Of a stretch of 64,000 nucleotides of DNA, positions 56,088-64,000 are shown piece by piece; within the stretch, counting starts at the first letter, position 1; each line of letters starts with the position of its first letter. A model generated the notes under the pieces. That model saw only the letters and a list, made by a program, of their open reading frames with translations, had not been told where the DNA came from and ran no database searches. The position numbers and the translations under genes are program-made. This stretch comes from Candidatus Danuiimicrobium aquiferis (GTDB lineage Bacteria; Omnitrophota; Omnitrophia; Omnitrophales; Danuiimicrobiaceae): the NCBI GenBank assembly GCA_001804285.1, contig MHFR01000016.1:13975-77974 (forward strand), given 5' to 3'.

Positions 56088-58778
56088 ATGAGTGAAGAAA
56101 AGTGGAATGAATACAAAACGCGGAAGGAATATATCGATAAATTGCTCATTCATTCCGGCTGGAAACCCATCGTTGAATTCAAAGAAGGAAAAAATTACGT
56201 CCATGCTTCTGTAGAAGAATATCCTACGAAAACCGGTCCTTGCGACTATGCGCTCTTTTGCAAAAACCGGCCTCTGGCGGCTGTTGAGGGTAAAAAGGTT
56301 TCCGTTGGGCCGCAGAATGTACTTCAACAAGCCCAACGTTACGCGCGCGGATTTCAAGACAGCCCGTTTGCTTTTGGTGAATATCATCTGCCGTTTATTT
56401 ACTCGACCAATGGCAGAGTGGTCTGGTTTCAGGATTTGCGCCATCCGTTGAACCGGTCACGGGAAATCACTGCAATTCATACGCCTAATGCCTTGGAAGA
56501 ACTCCTATCAAGAGACGAAGAAAAAGCTAAGGCGTGGCTTCAAAGTACGTTAATCGACAATCGGTTCCTGCGCCCTTACCAAAAAGAAGCCATTTCAGCG
56601 ATCGAGCAGGCAATCATGGATCGAAAACGCAATATGCTTGTTGCGATGGCAACCGGAACCGGCAAGACCTTCACGATCATCAATTTGATTTACCGGCTGA
56701 TGAAATCCGGTCTTGCGAAGCGGATTTTGTTTTTGGTAGATCGCCGCGCTTTGGCAGCTCAAGCGGTGACAGAACTCGCAAGTTATGAAGCAGAGCCGGG
56801 CCTTAAATTTGATAAATGTTACGAAGTCTACAGCCAACGGTTCAGGCGCGAAGACCTGGATGAGAATATCAAATATGATTCTAAAGTCTTGCCCGAAGAA
56901 TACCTGACCGACCCAAAGAGCCGGGACAGTTTCGTCTACGTTTGTACCATCCAGAGAATGGGGATCAATTTATTCGGTAAGGACGGTATGTTCGGTCAAT
57001 CGACCGGCGATTTAGATGACGAATCAGATGCGGATCAGAAATTAGATATTCCCATTCATGCTTTTGATGTGGTGATCGCTGACGAATGCCACCGGGGATA
57101 TACTTCTCAGGAAGAAAGTAAATGGCGTGAAGTTTTGAAACATTTCGATGGCATCAGAATAGGACTGACCGCGACGCCCGCTGTCCACACCACCGCATTC
57201 TTTAAAGAAGTTGTTTTTCGGTATGAATATGAGCGCGCGGTCAAAGAAGGATTTCTTGTCGATTACGATGCAGTGGCGGTCAAATCCGATATTACGATTA
57301 ATGGAGTGTTTTTGAAAGAAGGCGAAGAAATCGGCCTTAGGAATACGACAACCGGCCAGCTTGTTTTTGATGTTCTCGAAGATGAACGGACGTTGGTGCC
57401 GCAAAGCAACGAAGCGGAATGGACAGCGCCGGATAGAAATAAAAAAGTTGTCAAAGAATTAAAAAAATATCTTCTCGCTCAAGAAGAATCTCTGGGGCAT
57501 TTCCCAAAAACGTTGATATTTGCTGACAACGATTTACCGCATACGTCTCATTCCGATCAGTTGGTCGACATTCTGCGGGATGAATTCAATCGGGGCGACG
57601 CCTTTGTTCAGAAGATAACCGGCAGTCCGACGGTTGACCGGCCTCTTCAGAAGATTCGGGAATTCCGAAACAGACAGAACCCCGGAATTGTCGTAACGGT
57701 TGACATGCTTTCAACCGGCGTGGACGTTCCCAAAATTGAAAATATTGTTTTTCTGCGGCCGGTTAAATCAAGAATCCTGTTCGAACAGATGATGGGGCGC
57801 GGAACACGCCTTTGCCCGGAAATTGGCAAGACGCATTTTACCGTTTTTGATTGTTTTGGCGGAACACTTTTGGAATTTTTCAGGCAAACAACCAGCATAA
57901 CCGCCGAAGCGCCGGCAAAGCCCACCAAAACGATTCGCGAAATAGTGCAGGCAATCGCCGACAATCAAAACAGGGCATACAATGTCAAAGTATTATCTAA
58001 AAGGCTTCAGCGCATCTCAAAAAATATTACCCAGGAAAGCAGGAATGAGCTTAATTATGTCGTTGGAGAGGATATTGCGGATTTTGCAATGAGTCTTGAG
58101 GAGAAACTTTCAAAGAATTGGGCCGGGACTATCAAGATTCTTCAGAGCGAAGCATTTCTTCAGTTGTGCGAAAACTACCATCGGCCCAAGCGCGAATTCA
58201 TTATCGCGGATTCTGCGGAAGACCAAGTCACGTCTGAAATGATTTTCAGGACAGCGGATGGCAAAGAGCTCAAGCCCGTTGATTATCTCAAGCTCTTTGA
58301 AGAGTTCGTCAGAAAGAATCCGGAACACATAGACGCAATCGATATCCTTCTCAATAAACCGCGTGATTTTCACACAGACGAACTCAAGGCGTTGCGAGAA
58401 AAATTGGCCACCAAGCCGGATGCTTTGATCGATAAATTCAACGAACGAAATCTGCGCAGGGCATATAATAGACAATTGGCTGATATAGTCTCGATGATCC
58501 GTCACGCTGCGAAGAACGAGGATTTATTGACGGTCGAAAGCCGTGTCGATCGCGCCATGAAAAAAATAAAAGCAAAAAGACATTTCACGGAAGCACAAGA
58601 AAAATGGCTTGAGCTGATCAGACATCATCTGGTTGCGAACTTGTTAATTGAAAAAGATGACATTGATATCCTGCCGATATTCACGCGGCAAGGCATGAAT
58701 TATTCAAATTTAAATCGGGTTTTTGACGGGAAACTGGACGAACTGTTAAAAGAGATAAATGAGGCGGTGTTAACATGA
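56088..58778 (+). CDS. hsdR: Type I restriction enzyme R subunit
   Basis: N-terminal HsdR_N (MSEEKWNEYKTRKEYIDKL), helicase motifs GTGKT and DECHRG; 896 aa. Confidence 0.9.
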   Translation: MSEEKWNEYKTRKEYIDKLLIHSGWKPIVEFKEGKNYVHASVEEYPTKTGPCDYALFCKNRPLAAVEGKKVSVGPQNVLQQAQRYARGFQDSPFAFGEYHLPFIYSTNGRVVWFQDLRHPLNRSREITAIHTPNALEELLSRDEEKAKAWLQSTLIDNRFLRPYQKEAISAIEQAIMDRKRNMLVAMATGTGKTFTIINLIYRLMKSGLAKRILFLVDRRALAAQAVTELASYEAEPGLKFDKCYEVYSQRFRREDLDENIKYDSKVLPEEYLTDPKSRDSFVYVCTIQRMGINLFGKDGMFGQSTGDLDDESDADQKLDIPIHAFDVVIADECHRGYTSQEESKWREVLKHFDGIRIGLTATPAVHTTAFFKEVVFRYEYERAVKEGFLVDYDAVAVKSDITINGVFLKEGEEIGLRNTTTGQLVFDVLEDERTLVPQSNEAEWTAPDRNKKVVKELKKYLLAQEESLGHFPKTLIFADNDLPHTSHSDQLVDILRDEFNRGDAFVQKITGSPTVDRPLQKIREFRNRQNPGIVVTVDMLSTGVDVPKIENIVFLRPVKSRILFEQMMGRGTRLCPEIGKTHFTVFDCFGGTLLEFFRQTTSITAEAPAKPTKTIREIVQAIADNQNRAYNVKVLSKRLQRISKNITQESRNELNYVVGEDIADFAMSLEEKLSKNWAGTIKILQSEAFLQLCENYHRPKREFIIADSAEDQVTSEMIFRTADGKELKPVDYLKLFEEFVRKNPEHIDAIDILLNKPRDFHTDELKALREKLATKPDALIDKFNERNLRRAYNRQLADIVSMIRHAAKNEDLLTVESRVDRAMKKIKAKRHFTEAQEKWLELIRHHLVANLLIEKDDIDILPIFTRQGMNYSNLNRVFDGKLDELLKEINEAVLT

Positions 58779-60190
58779 GTGATGTAGTCGGTAAACTGTG
58801 GGGATTTTGTCACACATTAAGGCATGACGGCGTTGATTATGGCGATTACATTGAACAACTGACCTATCTTCTTTTCCTCAAGATGGCGGATGAAAAAGGC
58901 GCCGATATTCCAAAAGAATATTCGTGGTCGGCATTGCGTGAGAAATCGGGAACCGAATTGACGGAATTTTATATCGATGCTTTGAGAGGCCTCGGAAAAC
59001 AAAAGGGAACGCTGGGCGATATTTATGCCGGAGCCATCTCAAAGTTTGCGAATCCGGTTAATCTCAAAAAGCTGATCAATCTTATCGATGAAACCGAATG
59101 GACAACTCTCAATGTAGATATCAAAGCGGCGGCTTATGAAGGACTGCTTGAGAAATCGGCGTCGGAAGGCAAAAAAGGAGCCGGTCAATATTTTACGCCG
59201 CGCATTCTGATTCAATCAATTGTGAAGTGCATGAAGCCGGATCCGCGAAAGGCAAAAGACTTTGTTATTCATGATCCTGCTGCCGGAACAGGCGGCTTTT
59301 TGGTTTGTGCTTATGAATGGCTGATGGGCGTGACAAAAGGAAGCCTTGAGCGCGACGATGCCAAGCGAATTACGAATAAAGTTTATACCGGCACTGAACT
59401 TGTCGCCCGTCCCCGGCGGCTTGCATTGATGAATTTGTATCTGCATGGCATTCATGCTGATATCTATCTTGGGGATTCGATCTACGAACCTCTGAAAAGT
59501 GCAAGATATGATTGCATACTCACCAATCCGCCTTTTGGAACGAAAGGCGCCAATCAAGCGCCGGAGCGTGGCGATTTCACGATTTCGACAAGCAATAAAC
59601 AGCTCAATTTCATTCAGCATGTCGTGAATGTTTTAAAACCCGGCGGCCGCGCCGCAATGGTTTTGCCGGATAACTGTCTCTTTGAAGACAAAGCGGGTGA
59701 AGTGCTGGAAATTTTGATGCAGGACTGCAATCTACACACGATTTTGCGTCTCCCACGCGGTACGTTTACGCCGTACAGCCAAGGCGTCAAAGCCAATGCG
59801 ATCTTTTTTCAAAAAGGCGCAGCTACCGAAAACGTTTGGATTTTTGATGCGCGCTCGAATGTCGAAGGCATTACCAAAAAAGACCGCCCGCTTTCCGAAA
59901 AACATTTTGAAGAATTTGTAAAGTGTTACGGCAATGAGCCGAACGGGCAAAGTAAGCGGACAGATTCAGGGCCCGAAGGCAGGTTTAAAAAATTCCATAT
60001 CAGCGAAATTAAAGAACGCAAGTACAAGCTCGACATTACATGGCTTAAAGACGATTCTCTTGAGGACAGTGACGAACTCCCCGAGCCGCAGGACTTAGCC
60101 AGTGAAGCCATCACCGAACTCGAAGCCGTGGTCGACAATCTCCGGGAAATTATCGATCTTGTGGAGAAAGAAGAGGGTATTGAGAAATGA
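58775..60190 (+). CDS. hsdM: Type I restriction-modification N6-adenine methyltransferase M subunit
   Basis: HsdM N-terminus, DPAAGTGGFL, LTNPPFG; ATGA overlap with hsdR. Confidence 0.93.
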   Translation: MSDVVGKLWGFCHTLRHDGVDYGDYIEQLTYLLFLKMADEKGADIPKEYSWSALREKSGTELTEFYIDALRGLGKQKGTLGDIYAGAISKFANPVNLKKLINLIDETEWTTLNVDIKAAAYEGLLEKSASEGKKGAGQYFTPRILIQSIVKCMKPDPRKAKDFVIHDPAAGTGGFLVCAYEWLMGVTKGSLERDDAKRITNKVYTGTELVARPRRLALMNLYLHGIHADIYLGDSIYEPLKSARYDCILTNPPFGTKGANQAPERGDFTISTSNKQLNFIQHVVNVLKPGGRAAMVLPDNCLFEDKAGEVLEILMQDCNLHTILRLPRGTFTPYSQGVKANAIFFQKGAATENVWIFDARSNVEGITKKDRPLSEKHFEEFVKCYGNEPNGQSKRTDSGPEGRFKKFHISEIKERKYKLDITWLKDDSLEDSDELPEPQDLASEAITELEAVVDNLREIIDLVEKEEGIEK

Positions 60191-61530
60191 ATGGCGAACT
60201 TCCGAAGGGGTGGGCATCTGCTCGAATTGGTGAGCTCTGTGATGTTCCGAAAGACAAAGGACATGAAGGCGTTGTGCCCTATTTAGAAATCGGAAATGTC
60301 GACATTAACTCAAAAGAATATACACTCACCGACAAACCTTCGGTAAAAGGGTGTCGAATCGCAAAGAAACATGACGTTTTGGTTTCGAGGGTTAGGCCAA
60401 CGCGTGGTGCAATAACTTGGATTCGCGAAGATGAGCTCGCAGTTTCATCCGCGTTTACTATGTTGCGTAACAGGGGTGCATTTACGGAAAAGTATCTTTG
60501 GCGATATCTCGCATGGAATCAAAACTATTTTGATCATTTAGGCGAGAACTGCACTGGTACGATGTATCCGACCACTTCGGATGATGCTATTATTGATTTT
60601 AAAGTTCCGATTGCTCCGCTTCCTGAACAACATCGACTTGTGGCGAAGCTCGAAGAAGTGCACAGCAAAGTCGAATCATCACAAAAGCGGATTGCGAAAA
60701 TTCCGGTTATTCTCAAACGCTTCCGTCAATCCGTCCTCGCCGCCGCCTGCTCCGGCCGCCTTACTTCTGATTGGCGAGAGAAGGATCCGATTGCTCAGAG
60801 AGAAGCCGATAGGGACGAGATTCCTTCTGGTTGGAAACCAATTTGTGTCGGTGATGTGGTTGAGAATCTTAAATACGGAACTGCGCAGAAGTGTGGGTAT
60901 GAAAAACAAGGGGTTCCTGTGTTAAGGATTCCTAACGTGGTCAACGGTTTAATCGACTGTTCTGATCTTAAATATGCCAAGCTTCCGTCCAAAGAAAGGG
61001 AACAACTCAAGCTGTATGATGGAGATATTCTTCTGATTCGTTCTAATGGAAGTGTATCATTGGTCGGGAGATGCGCGCTCGTTGAAGAAGAATACAGCGG
61101 TTTTGCCTATGCGGGTTATTTGATTCGCATTCGTCCGATTCGCGGACTTGTTGACCCCAAATTTCTGAACTTGGTTCTCGGAAGTTATGACATCCGTTTG
61201 CAAATCGAACTTGAAGCGCGTTCAACGAGTGGCGTGAATAATATCAACAGTGAAGAAGTGAGGGCTTTGCGGTTCTTACTGCCGCCATCAACCGAACAAC
61301 AAGAAATCGTCCGCCGAGTCGAATCATTATTCGCTCTGGCCGACCAAATCGAGGCCCGATTCCAAAAGGCCCAAGCGCAGGTCGACAAGCTCAGCCCGTC
61401 CATCCTCGCCAAAGCCTTCCGTGGTGAACTTGTCCCTCAAGATCCAAATGATGAACCCGCAAGCGTCTTATTACAAAAGATTAAAACAGTCAGAGAGAAA
61501 TCTGGAGGAAAACATGGCCGTACAAAATGA
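60187..61530 (+). CDS. hsdS: Type I restriction-modification specificity subunit (two target-recognition domains)
   Basis: Duplicated target-recognition-domain architecture with conserved coiled-coil ends (..LAKAFRGELVPQDPNDEPA..); ATGA overlap with hsdM. Confidence 0.88.
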   Translation: MNGELPKGWASARIGELCDVPKDKGHEGVVPYLEIGNVDINSKEYTLTDKPSVKGCRIAKKHDVLVSRVRPTRGAITWIREDELAVSSAFTMLRNRGAFTEKYLWRYLAWNQNYFDHLGENCTGTMYPTTSDDAIIDFKVPIAPLPEQHRLVAKLEEVHSKVESSQKRIAKIPVILKRFRQSVLAAACSGRLTSDWREKDPIAQREADRDEIPSGWKPICVGDVVENLKYGTAQKCGYEKQGVPVLRIPNVVNGLIDCSDLKYAKLPSKEREQLKLYDGDILLIRSNGSVSLVGRCALVEEEYSGFAYAGYLIRIRPIRGLVDPKFLNLVLGSYDIRLQIELEARSTSGVNNINSEEVRALRFLLPPSTEQQEIVRRVESLFALADQIEARFQKAQAQVDKLSPSILAKAFRGELVPQDPNDEPASVLLQKIKTVREKSGGKHGRTK

Positions 61531-62458
61531 AACAAGTCTCACGACATCTCAAACATCAGTTCAGACGGATGCGGGATTCACCTATAAATCAACTCGAATG
61601 TTTGAACCGATACCGCCATCGACCGTAGACCTCCTCTTTTTCAAAAAGTTATATTCCAGTTTGAAAGCATCTACGGACGAAATCGCTGACCACGATATTT
61701 CGAGATTGGTGCAACCGCCTGACCAGACCACCGAACAATTCAACAGCTTTAAGATTTACGCGAAGACTTTATACAAAGTGACAATTCACATCTATGGTTC
61801 GCGCGGGGAGTACATTTTCACTGAAAACCCAGGTATCTTTGATGACCCAAGTCTTCCAGATAGAATAAACCGGGTTATATTTGAGAACTCTACACGATTC
61901 AAAACCTTTGCACAGCGTGAGCCGGTGAATCAATTCCGAATTACATTTGATTTCACGACACCACCCATTTTTGATTTCAACATATCTCCCTCGCTGGCCA
62001 CCCCCGTGAACAGCTCTCTCGACATATTTGGTCAGAATGAAACTTGGGTATCTGGGACTTACAGGAAAGTGGTTGAACTGCTTGGGAATCGAAAGAATAA
62101 ACACGGTTGGCTTCATCGGAATAATGTTTGGGATTTATTCCTTTGGCTTGCCATCATGCCGATAATTTTTAGAATTTTATTTGTGCTCCAGAAATCAATA
62201 ACGCCGCATCTGCCGAACATTTCTGGGGTTTTGAAGGGCGCGATTTATGTTTATGCCTTTTTCCTTCTGCTGAACGCTTTCAGATTCATTTTTAGCTACG
62301 CGAGATGGGTTTTCCCATATCTTGAATTGGAAACGCCGCTAAAAAAGACGAATTTACATCGACTTATCCTTGGAACTATCGTCCTTTCAATCGTAGGGAC
62401 AATGGGTTATGAAGTGGTCATGTGGTGCATCAGAACACTGTGGGGGTTAGACGTTTAA
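61514..62458 (+). CDS. Unknown protein (314 aa): about 215-aa soluble N-terminal domain plus 3 C-terminal transmembrane helices; translationally coupled to hsdS
   Basis: ATG at 61514 with a GGAGG Shine-Dalgarno sequence 5 nt upstream; 17-nt overlap with hsdS; no recognisable family. Confidence 0.5.
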   Translation: MAVQNETSLTTSQTSVQTDAGFTYKSTRMFEPIPPSTVDLLFFKKLYSSLKASTDEIADHDISRLVQPPDQTTEQFNSFKIYAKTLYKVTIHIYGSRGEYIFTENPGIFDDPSLPDRINRVIFENSTRFKTFAQREPVNQFRITFDFTTPPIFDFNISPSLATPVNSSLDIFGQNETWVSGTYRKVVELLGNRKNKHGWLHRNNVWDLFLWLAIMPIIFRILFVLQKSITPHLPNISGVLKGAIYVYAFFLLLNAFRFIFSYARWVFPYLELETPLKKTNLHRLILGTIVLSIVGTMGYEVVMWCIRTLWGLDV

Positions 62459-63498
62459 TGAGCGCTAAATTTATTCAATACTTTAAGGATTTGCGAGTTG
62501 AATTTTGCCGCGAATCTGTAAACATCCTTCTGCTGTTTGGAATTATTGCTTCTCTAATCGGCACTATGCTTGGGTCATCGGACACCATTGAACACTTTGC
62601 TTTCTTACACCGGGTATTTGCACCGGAGGTTTATCGGATTGATGCAGGAATCAAGGAACTAACATTTTTCCCGCCAAACGGTAAACATGCCGCATTAAAT
62701 CAGACCGAAACCGGTTTTACTGAAATTCTCGAAATAATTCGACATAATGATCAAGGAGTTCCCCAAAAAATTGTCCAAATTACGAACCGCAAGGAATATC
62801 CCGCTATTTTTTATTGGTCTCACAAAGGTGACCAAAATGCGATATTGTTAGACTTGGTTGAACAAGCAGACGATCAAAGTGAAGTATATCCTGTTAATTA
62901 CACGACGGATGTTTTTCGATGGGTAAACCAAGAACGGATGAAGATACTTGTTTCGCGTGCTTTCATTTGGATTTTTGTAGGGATTTTGTTTGATTTCGTC
63001 GGATGCTTTTTTTGTTTTCGATTGAGACGAAATCGAACAGGAAAGAAAGTTCGGTCGGATGATTCGTCTCAATCAACGAGCAATCGAGGATGCGAATTAA
63101 ATCCGAATTATTGGAAAATTCCAATGGCGATTCTTTTTCTGCTTCTCGGCTATTGGATTATCTATTTCAATAGAAAAAGTCTGTTTTATTTTCCCGCCAA
63201 AGATTCATTTGACGATATGCCGCGCCTTTGGGGTTGTATTGCGGCGAGTTTTATCGGATTCGCTTTTCTCGCCTTTAAAAGTATTCCGAGCAAAAAGACA
63301 ACATTCCCGTGGACGTATTTATGGTATTACCCGGTTTTGTGCATTATTGGGGCGACATTGATCTTTGCAGTGTGTCAATTGTTTGAACGTTCAAACGGTT
63401 ATTTATTTTACTTCCTCGCTTTTCCATTATCATTCATTAGTGCGAATCTCACGGATTACTTTTGGACAGTAATCCTGCATCGGCTATTGAAAGAGTAG
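62458..63498 (+). CDS. Unknown polytopic membrane protein (346 aa, at least 6 transmembrane helices), TAATG-coupled to the preceding gene
   Basis: ATG overlaps the upstream stop codon; multiple hydrophobic helices; no recognisable family. Confidence 0.5.
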   Translation: MSAKFIQYFKDLRVEFCRESVNILLLFGIIASLIGTMLGSSDTIEHFAFLHRVFAPEVYRIDAGIKELTFFPPNGKHAALNQTETGFTEILEIIRHNDQGVPQKIVQITNRKEYPAIFYWSHKGDQNAILLDLVEQADDQSEVYPVNYTTDVFRWVNQERMKILVSRAFIWIFVGILFDFVGCFFCFRLRRNRTGKKVRSDDSSQSTSNRGCELNPNYWKIPMAILFLLLGYWIIYFNRKSLFYFPAKDSFDDMPRLWGCIAASFIGFAFLAFKSIPSKKTTFPWTYLWYYPVLCIIGATLIFAVCQLFERSNGYLFYFLAFPLSFISANLTDYFWTVILHRLLKE

Positions 63499-63662
63499 CG
63501 GACATTGTCAAGCCACCAAGGCGGGAATCCGTTCAAACATTTCAAGGCAGATTTCGGCTTGAGGGGAAACGCAAAACGTTCTAAATTCGTCCAAAAAATT
63601 GACCGAAATCAGGATCATGTCGTTTTCTCCCTCAAAAGCGAATTTCGAATTGAAAGGTTAAC

Positions 63663-64000
63663 ATGACCGAACAAATTCATAATTCATGTGTTCATGATTT
63701 CGAACAGCTGCTTCAATATGTTGCTGAAAACAAGATTGCTCTGACGCCAAAGCAGAGTTTGATTCCTTTGCGGCATATTAAGACGGTTATGCAGCGGTTT
63801 CAGATTCAAGAATCTCACGAGCATTGCATTGGTGATAGGGCTTACAAGACGCGGGATGAAATGGAGTATCCCCGTTTTTATTTTCTGGATCTTTTGGCCA
63901 TAGGGGGAAGACTTCTCAAAATTACCGGTAAGAATTTGCTTGCTAAAGGGCCGAATTGGGAAACTTTTTTTGCCGCGGAACAGAGGGAGAGAGGCTTCCT
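63663..64000 (+). CDS. Partial ORF (3'-truncated by the window end), unknown
   Basis: ATG at 63663 and an open frame to the end of the window (MTEQIHNSCVHDFEQLLQYVAENKIALTPKQ...). Confidence 0.3.
   Translation, partial: MTEQIHNSCVHDFEQLLQYVAENKIALTPKQSLIPLRHIKTVMQRFQIQESHEHCIGDRAYKTRDEMEYPRFYFLDLLAIGGRLLKITGKNLLAKGPNWETFFAAEQRERGF

Larger units (their letters stand above)
53347..64000 (+). mobile_element. Probable integrative island at tRNA-Pro (int, regulator, Type I restriction-modification, unknown membrane genes). Its distal end was not found in the window.
   Basis: Gene content and the tRNA-int junction. No attR direct repeat could be located by eye. Confidence 0.45.

Noticed and set aside
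63499-63662. attR copy of the tRNA-Pro 3' end after the membrane-protein pair
   Set aside because: ccgttcaaacatttc shares only a few bases with ttcaaatctctccgtcccga and is not a convincing direct repeat. The island end is presumably beyond the window.

Overview
This is a 64-kb bacterial chromosomal window of moderate GC; the lineage cannot be assigned from sequence alone. The ORF track uses TTG/GTG starts, so several starts were re-placed on ATG plus Shine-Dalgarno.

Layout:
(1) 1-12464: one uninterrupted + strand reading frame of at least 4140 codons, open to the window edge and therefore 5'-truncated. It reads as a giant multidomain membrane protein (transmembrane clusters, a CheY-like receiver, a histidine-phosphatase domain, a methyltransferase-like segment). 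About 18 short palindromic DNA modules sit inside it in-frame, always translated R-[A/S]-E-[A/V]-R, plus one in-frame copy of an intergenic MITE family.
(2) A structured intergenic region, then rplM-rpsI, an AsmA-like gene, and rnc on the minus strand.
(3) An arginine+lysine biosynthesis supra-operon, argC-argJ-argB-argD-argF-argG-argH-lysA-dapF-dapA-dapB (17.9-30.5 kb), with TAATG/ATGA-coupled junctions. Most intergenic spacers carry MITE/REP-like hairpin repeats of two or three families.
(4) A secreted 556-aa protein, a 1582-aa surface or outer-membrane protein, a lipoprotein, uvrA, and an FtsH-like AAA protease.
(5) An hrcA-grpE-dnaJ operon whose CIRCE operator half-sites appear to be split by a 103-bp repeat insertion.
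(6) An FmdB-type zinc ribbon gene, a thioesterase, a TPR-zincin protein, an S1 protease on the minus strand, gpsA and hup.
(7) tRNA-Pro(GGG) followed immediately by a tyrosine integrase and an island carrying an AlbA_2/HATPase_c_4-type regulator, 5 x 12-nt tandem repeats, and a Type I restriction-modification operon hsdR-hsdM-hsdS. Two unknown membrane-protein genes are translationally coupled to hsdS; they are the best candidate for an undescribed restriction-modification-linked module.

No CRISPR array and no rRNA were seen.
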